A stretch of 17,881 nt of DNA. Source: Nitrospinales bacterium. GTDB taxonomy: Bacteria > Nitrospinota > Nitrospinia > Nitrospinales > JAJDAT01. The stretch spans positions 1-17,881 of the forward strand of contig JBHHYO010000054.1 of assembly GCA_046757665.1 (NCBI GenBank), written 5' to 3'. Each line of letters opens with the position of its first letter. Within the stretch, counting starts at the first letter, position 1. The notes under the pieces are model-generated. The model was not told the DNA's origin. It saw only the letters and a program-made list of their open reading frames with translations, and made no database searches. Shown here piece after piece: positions 1-7,429 of this stretch. Made by a program: the position numbers and the translations under genes.

Positions 1-40
1 CCGCAAAGCAAATCAAAAAGCCGGGTCGACATACTTTATT

Positions 41-295
41 TTAATCCATGAGGAAGACAATGGCTCCCATAATAGACAGCCCGACCCCGACCAGTGTCAT
101 CAGGCTACCGCGGATGGTGCTGGGCGCCACCAGGTCGGATTTTCGCCTGCCGTAATGGGCCATGCGAACTTTCGGGTCCCTCAATCTTTCCTGGCGTTGC
201 TTTTCCCATTGGCTACAGAGATTCAACACCCAACCTCCGGCGAAAAAAAGCACGATCCCAAGCAGTTCTTGCTTGCTGACAAAATCCAATTCCAT
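41..295 (-). CDS. small membrane protein with two predicted TM helices, function unknown
   Basis: 84-aa ORF with two hydrophobic segments (LLGIVLFFAGGWVLNL; LMTLVGVGLSIMGAIVFL) around a basic loop. A GAGG Shine-Dalgarno-like motif precedes the ATG on the minus strand (tgaggaaacgggatcATG). Confidence 0.7.
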   Translation of the reverse strand: MELDFVSKQELLGIVLFFAGGWVLNLCSQWEKQRQERLRDPKVRMAHYGRRKSDLVAPSTIRGSLMTLVGVGLSIMGAIVFLMD

Positions 296-464
296 GATCC
301 CGTTTCCTCAAGAAGGCCGCGCCGAATTAATAAAATATAGCCCGCAAAGTATAGCAAAAATTCCCTATGGATACATCGCATCATCCGCCATTGCAAAGCC
401 CAGGAAACCCTTGCCCAGCGGAGATGTGTGGGTTAGAATTCAAATGGATTAGTGAATCGCGGAA

Positions 465-1247
465 ATGCAAACCGGTTGGGATGTTATACCCATGAACGAA
501 ACCGACACATTGATCATCGATCAGGAAAAGGAGGGCTACCGATTTTCCATCGAGCCTTTCCTGCTGGCGGATTTCGTTTGCTTGCGGCGGGGAATGCGCC
601 TTCTCGATATCGGCACGGGATGCGGGGTCATTCCCCTGTTACTCAGCGTTCGGGAACCGGGTTTACAAATCACCGCCGTCGAGATTCAAAAACCGTTATA
701 CGACCGCGCGATGCAAAACGTTGCCGGCAACGGGCTAAAGCGAAAAATTGGGGTGCGCCACGGGGATTTTCTAAAGCTCGCGCAAACACTCGGCTCCTTC
801 GATCTCATCATCAGCAACCCACCCTACCGGAAAATTAACAGCGGCCGTCTGAATTCCGACAAGGGCAAGGCCATCGCCAGGCACGAGTTGACCTTGACTC
901 TGCCTGCATTGATCGCAAAAGCCGCTCCCTTGCTGGAGCGCGGCGGCAGGATGGTCCTGGCCTATCCGCCGCATCGTCTCGATGAAGTTTTAAGTGAATT
1001 GCGCCTTCGGCGTCTGTACCCCTGGCGGCTTCGCCTGGTGCACGGGTACCGGGGCGCGGCGACCAGGTTTTTTCTTGTCGAGGCGGTTAAGGATCAATTC
1101 GCCGAACGGGTCGAAAAAGAACCCTTTTACATTTATCATCCCGACGGCTCATACACCCGGCGGATGAAAAAACTTTATGCATCCCTTAATCATCCTTGCC
1201 GGTCCCACCGCCTCCGGGAAGAGCGAAACCGCGCTTGCGCTGGCTGA
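465..1247 (+). CDS. SAM-dependent methyltransferase, TrmN6/YfiC-YabB family (tRNA1(Val) A37 N6-methylase-like)
   Basis: Contains Q..EGYRFSIEPFLLADF, the SAM motif LDIGTGCGVIPL, the N6-methylase motif SNPPY and IARHE. The true start may be the ATG at 492. The 3' end overlaps the next gene by 71 nt. Confidence 0.85.
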   Translation: MQTGWDVIPMNETDTLIIDQEKEGYRFSIEPFLLADFVCLRRGMRLLDIGTGCGVIPLLLSVREPGLQITAVEIQKPLYDRAMQNVAGNGLKRKIGVRHGDFLKLAQTLGSFDLIISNPPYRKINSGRLNSDKGKAIARHELTLTLPALIAKAAPLLERGGRMVLAYPPHRLDEVLSELRLRRLYPWRLRLVHGYRGAATRFFLVEAVKDQFAERVEKEPFYIYHPDGSYTRRMKKLYASLNHPCRSHRLREERNRACAG

Positions 1248-4200
1248 AACGCTCGACACTGAAATCATCAGCGCCGATTCCATGCAGATTTACAAATATT
1301 TCGATATTGGAACCGGCAAGCCCGGAAAAGACATCCAGGAAAAAATCGCCCATCATCTGATCGATATTCTGGAACCGCATGAGGAATTCAATGCCTTTGA
1401 GTTCAAAGCTCAAGCCATCAGACACGCAAACGACTTGATACGCCGGAAAAAGATTCCCCTGATAGTAGGCGGCACAGGGCTTTATCTGAAAGTGTTTTTG
1501 AAGGATTTTGAATGCGCCATCCAAGTGGCGCCCGATATCCGGGAAAGGGTTAAAGCCGAAATGAAAGAAAAAGGCGCTCGTGCGATGCACGCCGAACTGG
1601 CCAAAGTCGATCCGCTGTCCGCGGAAAGGATTTTGCCGACGGACCCGTTGCGGATCGAACGCGCCCTCTCGGTTTATTCGCAGACGGGCAAACCGCTATC
1701 GCAATTCCACGCCAATGAAAAGCGCGCAGAGCATAATTTCCAGCCATATTTCTTTTCTCTGGACTGGGACCGCGCCCGGCTTTATGAAAACATCGAAACC
1801 CGAGTCGAGTCGATGCTCCACCAAGGCTGGGCTGATGAGGTGAGAGGACTTTTGAACCGGGGTTTCGACAAAAACCTGAAACCCTTTCAAGGCATCGGCT
1901 ACGCGCAAATTGTAAAACATTTCGAGAAAGGAACGCCTTGGGAGCAAACTGTGCGCGAGATCAAACAGGAAACACGTCACTATGCCAAGCGCCAGATTAC
2001 CTGGTTCAAGAAAGTTTCCGACCGCATCGCCATCCCGCGAAAACCAGGGGACAGCCCCACCCTGCTCAGGGACCGAATTCTGTCGTATCTGCCCAGGGGG
2101 GTGGCGTTTATTCTGACGGCGATATTGTTTTTAGCTCCGCAGGCCGGCGTTCAGGCGGAAGAGGTTTCCCCGTACGATGCCGGTCTTCGTTCTTTCAAAC
2201 AGGCCGATTATGCCGCGGCCACCACCCACTTTCTCAAGGTACGCGGTTCCCCAACCGGCAAATGGGACAGCAAACGAGCCGTTTACCTTCTCGGCCTGAT
2301 CTCCACGGAAAAAGGCCGGTATGGCGAGGCCATAACCTATTTCAAAACCGCGTTGGACGAATTTTCGGAAATTGAGGACTACATTCGTTTTGAACTGGCG
2401 CGCGCCCACTACCGGTCCGGGCAATATCCGGCAACGCTGAAAGAAATCAATCGGCTGTTGAAGGCGTTTCCGACCCATCGCCATTTCCCCCAGGCCGAAC
2501 TCTGGCGCGCCGAAATTTTGCAACGTCAAGGCAAGACCGCCAAGGCGATCAACTTGCTGTCACGAGCGGTCAAACGCCTGTCGAAGATGCGGAGAGTTTT
2601 CAAATCCCATCTTCCCGAACTGATCTTCAAGCTGGCACAACTCCATGAAGAGCAACACAGCAAAGCGTACGAATGGTATCAGAAATTATATATTGAATAC
2701 CCCGACCATTCCTTGACCGCCAGGGCGGCGGCGAAAATGGATGAATTGAGCCGCCAACCCGGTTTTTCCCCAACACGGGTCGAAAAAAAATGGCGCCTAC
2801 AACGAATACGAAATTTATTGTCCAAGGCCGATTTTGAACAAGCGGTAAAGGAAATCGAGGATTTCAAGAAAGCGCACGCACCGGACCCCATACCGGAACA
2901 AATGTTGATTTATCTGGCAAGAGCCTATAAAGGACTGGGGAAGCGCGAGGAAGTTGACGGCGTCCTTGCGACTTTTCTCAAAACGTATCCCGGCCACCGG
3001 CGCACTCAGGAAGTTATGTTTCTGCTGGCCAGAAATTTATGGAATCTTAGCCGGGACCACCAGAGCACGGAAATGTTTCGCTCGTTGATCAAAATCAATC
3101 CGAAATCCCGATGGGCTATCAAGGGACGATTTTTTTTAGGCAAAGTTCACGAAGGCAATCTACAGTTCTCACAGGCACGCGAACAATACGGCTTTCTTGA
3201 AAAACACCACCGCAAAAATGAATACGGGCAAAGAGCCGCCTGGCGTCTTGGCTGGCTGGACTATCGGGAAAAGCGCTACGAAACCGCCGTGGAACGGTTC
3301 AAACAAAACATCCACAACCTGCCGAACGGCGAGCTTATGGACGCAAACCTGTTTTGGATGGCCAAGGCTTTTGCAAAAGCAGGACAGACAGAGAAAGCCG
3401 GGAAAACCTATCGGGAGTTGTATGCCCGGTTCCCCTACACCTATTACGGTATGCGGGCAAGGAAAAAACTGAAAATCGGTGAATCCCGATCGGCAGGCCA
3501 AGGGATCAAATCTAAAAATATAATTACGCGAACTTCTTTCACCGAAGCGGCAAACACCGCCCCACCGCTCCGAGTCCGCCTTTCCGGGAAAGTGAAACGG
3601 CAACTTGTGCGCGCCAGGGAAATGATCCTCATGGGACTCTCCGACAATGCCAGGTTTGAAATTCAACAATTTGAAAGCAAGGTGAAAAAGAATTACTCCG
3701 GAACCATGTGGATTGCGGAATTGTACTATAACACCGAATCCTTTCCGGAGGCCTACCGGCTTTTGGAGCTGTTTAAAAATTTCAAAACCAAGGCGCGGGA
3801 AAAAGAACTTCCGCTCCGGTTCTGGAAACTTTTCTATCCCCCTGCGTATGCCAGCCACATCGAGACTCACGCGGCCGCCTTGCAAGTCGACCCATGGCTG
3901 ACCAAGAGCATCATCCGCCAGGAAAGTTTGTTCGACAAACGATCCTTATCCGGAGCCGGCGCCCGAGGGCTCATGCAAATCATGCCGGAAACCGGGCAAA
4001 GGCTTTTTTCCGCCATTATGGACAACCGGCAAACATTTCAGGCCGACGATTTGTTCGACCCGGAGCTGAATATCCATCTGGGAATAAAATACCTGAAGGA
4101 ACTGAAAGAAAAATATTCCGGCAATCGGATTCGGATTCTGATCTGTTACAATGCCGGCCCGGAAGTTTTGGAAAGCTGGCTCAAGCGATTCCAGGATGTG

Positions 4201-4314
4201 CGGGACCCTGACGTTTTCATCGAATTGATTCCCTATCCGGAAACCAGAAACTTCGTCAAGCGGGTGTTGCGAAACTATGGAGTTTACCGGGCTCTTTACG
4301 CTCACTCCATGTGA
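1177..4314 (+). CDS. miaA: fusion: tRNA dimethylallyltransferase MiaA + signal-peptide-like segment + TPR repeats + Slt-type lytic transglycosylase
   Basis: aa 1-~305 carry the MiaA motifs GPTASGKS, DSMQIY..DIGTGKP, GGTGLY and YAKRQITWF. aa 309-327 are VAFILTAILFLAPQAGVQA. TPR-like helical repeats follow. The C-terminus has SLT motifs IRQES (catalytic Glu916), GARGLMQIMP, YNAG and IPYPETRNFV. The reading frame is continuous. Confidence 0.9.
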   Translation: MHPLIILAGPTASGKSETALALAETLDTEIISADSMQIYKYFDIGTGKPGKDIQEKIAHHLIDILEPHEEFNAFEFKAQAIRHANDLIRRKKIPLIVGGTGLYLKVFLKDFECAIQVAPDIRERVKAEMKEKGARAMHAELAKVDPLSAERILPTDPLRIERALSVYSQTGKPLSQFHANEKRAEHNFQPYFFSLDWDRARLYENIETRVESMLHQGWADEVRGLLNRGFDKNLKPFQGIGYAQIVKHFEKGTPWEQTVREIKQETRHYAKRQITWFKKVSDRIAIPRKPGDSPTLLRDRILSYLPRGVAFILTAILFLAPQAGVQAEEVSPYDAGLRSFKQADYAAATTHFLKVRGSPTGKWDSKRAVYLLGLISTEKGRYGEAITYFKTALDEFSEIEDYIRFELARAHYRSGQYPATLKEINRLLKAFPTHRHFPQAELWRAEILQRQGKTAKAINLLSRAVKRLSKMRRVFKSHLPELIFKLAQLHEEQHSKAYEWYQKLYIEYPDHSLTARAAAKMDELSRQPGFSPTRVEKKWRLQRIRNLLSKADFEQAVKEIEDFKKAHAPDPIPEQMLIYLARAYKGLGKREEVDGVLATFLKTYPGHRRTQEVMFLLARNLWNLSRDHQSTEMFRSLIKINPKSRWAIKGRFFLGKVHEGNLQFSQAREQYGFLEKHHRKNEYGQRAAWRLGWLDYREKRYETAVERFKQNIHNLPNGELMDANLFWMAKAFAKAGQTEKAGKTYRELYARFPYTYYGMRARKKLKIGESRSAGQGIKSKNIITRTSFTEAANTAPPLRVRLSGKVKRQLVRAREMILMGLSDNARFEIQQFESKVKKNYSGTMWIAELYYNTESFPEAYRLLELFKNFKTKAREKELPLRFWKLFYPPAYASHIETHAAALQVDPWLTKSIIRQESLFDKRSLSGAGARGLMQIMPETGQRLFSAIMDNRQTFQADDLFDPELNIHLGIKYLKELKEKYSGNRIRILICYNAGPEVLESWLKRFQDVRDPDVFIELIPYPETRNFVKRVLRNYGVYRALYAHSM

Positions 4315-4429
4315 TTTTCGACATTGCCGTCAAGGGCGCGACCCTGCGTACCCGGCAAAATCAAAAAAATAATTGGGATTAAAATTCCCAGCGTTTATAA
4401 TAAAAGGGTTTTCTCAACCAAGGAGCGCC

Positions 4430-5392
4430 GTGAAATCCCCTGTCGTTTTGCGAAAAATAAAGACCTATGACCCGGACGCAATCGAATCGTTCGTACGGGA
4501 CACCGTTTCCTCTTTGGGCGAGGGCAAGCCTATCTTTCAGCCGGGCCAACGGGTTCTGTTGAAACCGAACCTGCTCCGCGGCGCTTCGCCAGACCGATGC
4601 GTAACGACCCACCCGGCGGTCGTGGAAGCAGTTTGCCGGGTGCTCCGGGACAGCGGCGTAAGCCGGATTAACTTGAGCGACAGTCCGGCGATGGGAACCC
4701 TGAAACATGCGGCACACGAAGCCGGTTACGCTCCGCTGGCAAAACGATATGGGCTACATATAATCGCCTTGTCCAACCCCGTGCCGCTGGATACGGAGGG
4801 AATTCCTCATCTGAAGATTTCTGGAGACTTGCGGCAATACGACCGAATCGTCAACCTGCCGAAATTCAAATCGCACCGGCAGATGACCCTCACCCTGGGC
4901 ATCAAGAACCTTTTCGGCTGTGTCATCGGCAAACGCAAACCCGTCCTGCATTGCCTGGTAAAAAATGATAAAATCAAGTTTGGAAGGATGCTGGTGGACA
5001 TCGCCCGACACGTTAATCCCTGTCTGACCCTGGTCGACGGAATTTGGGCGATGCAGGGCAACGGTCCCATAAACGGCACGCCCTATTCCCTGGGTTTGAT
5101 GGCAGGCGGACGGGACTTAACCGCCATGGAAAGAATACTGGCGGATATCGTGAACGTCCCTCTAAACCGGGTCTATGCACTCGAAGCGGCCCGGCAAAAG
5201 AAATTCGGCCGTTACGATCTTGAGCAAATTGAAACGCAGGGCGAACGCGATTGGCAGGCTCTGCGAGTCACCGATTTTCAGCTGGCCGATTTTGAATTGG
5301 CTATTTCATTTAACCCCGTGCACCTGTTCAAATCCTTCGCCAAACATCTTTATGAAATCGGTTGGAAGGAAAAATTGACGGGGAAAATTTAA
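4430..5392 (+). CDS. DUF362 family protein
   Basis: Motifs VLLKPNLL, TTHPAVV, DSP, NLPKFKSH, TLGIKNLFGC and DGIWAMQGNGP. Start moved from 4373 to the in-frame GTG at 4430, which follows AGGAG. No C-terminal ferredoxin CxxCxxC motif. Confidence 0.85.
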   Translation: MKSPVVLRKIKTYDPDAIESFVRDTVSSLGEGKPIFQPGQRVLLKPNLLRGASPDRCVTTHPAVVEAVCRVLRDSGVSRINLSDSPAMGTLKHAAHEAGYAPLAKRYGLHIIALSNPVPLDTEGIPHLKISGDLRQYDRIVNLPKFKSHRQMTLTLGIKNLFGCVIGKRKPVLHCLVKNDKIKFGRMLVDIARHVNPCLTLVDGIWAMQGNGPINGTPYSLGLMAGGRDLTAMERILADIVNVPLNRVYALEAARQKKFGRYDLEQIETQGERDWQALRVTDFQLADFELAISFNPVHLFKSFAKHLYEIGWKEKLTGKI

Positions 5393-5496
5393 ATCGCAAG
5401 AATTCACGTGAGCCGGTTCAACGCAAGTTTGGTTGCCCTCATTCCGGCCAACCCTTGCAAAAGAGCCGCGGTTCTCTACTTTTGATCGGTCAAAAA

Positions 5497-6084
5497 ATGG
5501 AGAAAGTTCACGAAACTCAAGCAAAAAAAATCGACACCGACTTGTGGGTGGAACGATATGGGGACCAGATGTATCGTTACACTCTTTTGCGGGTCAAGTA
5601 TCCGGAATCGGCGGAGGAGATCGTTCAGGAAACTTTTTTGGCGGCCTACAAATCCCGGAACTCCTTTGCCGGAAAAGCGTCGGAAAAAAGCTGGCTATTT
5701 GGGATACTAAAGCATAAGATAATGGATCATTTTCGAGAACTAAAGAAGCATCAGATTTTCGATTTGATTCAGGAGGACGACCCGGACCCTTATGAGGATG
5801 CCTACGATCATAAAGGCAACCGGAAGAACCCGCCAAGAAATTGGGGAATTAATCCGGAAAAGGCGGCGGAGAATAAACAATTGTTGCGTGCGCTGGGCCA
5901 GTGCGTCGAAGAGCTTCCCGACAAATTTCGGCGGCTTTTTATTTTAAAGGAGGTGGATGGGTACAGTTCCGAATACATTTGTAAGGAACTGGACATTCAG
6001 CCGACCAATCTCTGGGTCATGATGCACCGCGCCCGCAATCAACTCAAAAAATGCCTGGAAACCAACTGGTTTGAGAAAGATTAA
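5497..6084 (+). CDS. ECF (sigma-70 group 4) RNA polymerase sigma factor
   Basis: Region 2: AEEIVQETFLAA..SFAGKASEKSWLFGILKHKIMD. Region 4: LPDKFRRLFILKEVDG...EYICKEL...NLWVMMHRARNQLKKCL. The in-frame ATG at 5497 is preferred over 5362 because it avoids overlap with DUF362. The start is uncertain. Confidence 0.9.
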   Translation: MEKVHETQAKKIDTDLWVERYGDQMYRYTLLRVKYPESAEEIVQETFLAAYKSRNSFAGKASEKSWLFGILKHKIMDHFRELKKHQIFDLIQEDDPDPYEDAYDHKGNRKNPPRNWGINPEKAAENKQLLRALGQCVEELPDKFRRLFILKEVDGYSSEYICKELDIQPTNLWVMMHRARNQLKKCLETNWFEKD

Positions 6085-6104
6085 ACTTACTTTGTTTTTA
6101 TAAC

Positions 6105-6380
6105 ATGCGATCTTTACAAAAATTATTTAAATTGACCTGCAAGGACACCTCGCCTCTTATTTCTGAAATGATGGACCATGACTTACCCCTCGCCAAGCGC
6201 ATCAAGGTGAAATTTCATTTGGCCATGTGTCGAATGTGCCAATATTACTTCTCCCAGTTGAGCTTCCTCCGGAACATGGCCAAGGAAATCGATCATTTGG
6301 AACCCACGTCCTGCGACAAACAAGTTTTAAGCGAGAGCGCCAGGAAAAATATCCAGGAAGCCATGCAGAACCAGCGTTGA
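6105..6380 (+). CDS. zinc-binding anti-sigma factor (zf-HC2/ZAS), soluble
   Basis: LTC..TSPLISE...FHLAMCRMC gives an upstream Cys plus HxxxCxxC. It lies directly downstream of the ECF sigma gene and has no TM segment. Confidence 0.88.
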   Translation: MRSLQKLFKLTCKDTSPLISEMMDHDLPLAKRIKVKFHLAMCRMCQYYFSQLSFLRNMAKEIDHLEPTSCDKQVLSESARKNIQEAMQNQR

Positions 6381-6417
6381 CCGACGCGCCTCTTCACTAA
6401 TTTGAAAGGATACCTTG

Positions 6418-7383
6418 ATGAACCAGAGACAATCCTGCTGTGAAACGGAGGGTGAAGTCACCCGCGAAGATGTTCGCACTTACTACTCCCATGCCGCCCT
6501 CTCCGCCCAGGAAAGCCTGTGCTGTCCAACGCAGTACCAGGAAAAGGAACTCGATCACATTCCCAAGGAGGTCCTGGAAATTTCCTACGGATGCGGCAGT
6601 CCAATAAACCGCGCCCAAATCAAACCGAATGAAGTCGTGGTTGACTTGGGTTCCGGCGGCGGGATTGACTGTTTTATTGCGGCAAAATACGTCGGCCCCG
6701 GAGGACGGGTCATCGGCATCGACATGACCGAGGAAATGCTGTCCATCGCCAGGGAAAACGCCGAAAAAGTAACCAAAAACCTGGGATATCGCAACATCGA
6801 GTTCAAGCAAGGTTTTCTGGAAGCGATTCCCCTGGAGGACGATTCCGTTGACCTGGTAACCTCCAACTGTGTCATCAATCTTTCGACGAACAAAGCCGGG
6901 GTCTTCAAGGAAATCCGGCGAATTCTCAGGCCGGGCGGAAGATTTTTAATCGCCGACATCATCTCCGACAAACCCGTGCCGCATGAAATGCGTAATGACC
7001 GGGAATTGTGGGGAGAGTGCATTGCCGGCGCCTTGACGCTGGGCGAATTTCTGGATATCGCCCAAAAGCGAAAATTAAGCGGCATCACACTCAAAAAAGA
7101 CTACTTGTGGAAAAAGGTGAACGGCATCAATTTTTATTCCTACATCCTGGAAGGCCACAAGTTCACAAAACCTGGCGAAGCCTCGTGCAAAACCCTTACG
7201 GCGGCCTATGGCGGGCCATTCACCTCCGTCACTTGCGGCAACACGACTTATCCGTTGGGAGTCCCCGTGGCAATCGACAAAAACACGGCAGACCTTCTCA
7301 GTTCCCATCCCTATGGGGAACACTTCATTATCATCGATCCGGATAATGAATCCGCGGAACCGTCCGATTCCTGTTGTGGTTGA
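6418..7383 (+). CDS. arsM: arsenite S-adenosylmethionine methyltransferase-like protein
   Basis: ArsM/AS3MT-type cysteine motifs LCCP, SYGCGSP, SNCVINL and WGECIAGA, plus the SAM motif VVDLGSGGGIDC. CC pairs occur at both termini. GAAAGGA lies upstream of the ATG at 6418. Confidence 0.75.
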   Translation: MNQRQSCCETEGEVTREDVRTYYSHAALSAQESLCCPTQYQEKELDHIPKEVLEISYGCGSPINRAQIKPNEVVVDLGSGGGIDCFIAAKYVGPGGRVIGIDMTEEMLSIARENAEKVTKNLGYRNIEFKQGFLEAIPLEDDSVDLVTSNCVINLSTNKAGVFKEIRRILRPGGRFLIADIISDKPVPHEMRNDRELWGECIAGALTLGEFLDIAQKRKLSGITLKKDYLWKKVNGINFYSYILEGHKFTKPGEASCKTLTAAYGGPFTSVTCGNTTYPLGVPVAIDKNTADLLSSHPYGEHFIIIDPDNESAEPSDSCCG

Positions 7384-7429
7384 TTTTTAGTCTTCGGCAC
7401 GTTCTTGCCAGACTCACCCCTCCGCCTGT

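Noticed and set aside
3169-3885. 238-aa minus-strand ORF
   Set aside because: Antisense to the TPR region of the MiaA fusion.
5362-5496. N-terminal extension of the ECF sigma factor in the ORF track
   Set aside because: The TTG start overlaps DUF362 and adds a segment with no sigma features. The ATG at 5497 gives a normal ECF length.
7393-7410. sigma-54-like CGGCACGTTCTTGC
   Set aside because: The GG-to-GC spacing is 9 rather than the required 10, and it lies between convergent genes.
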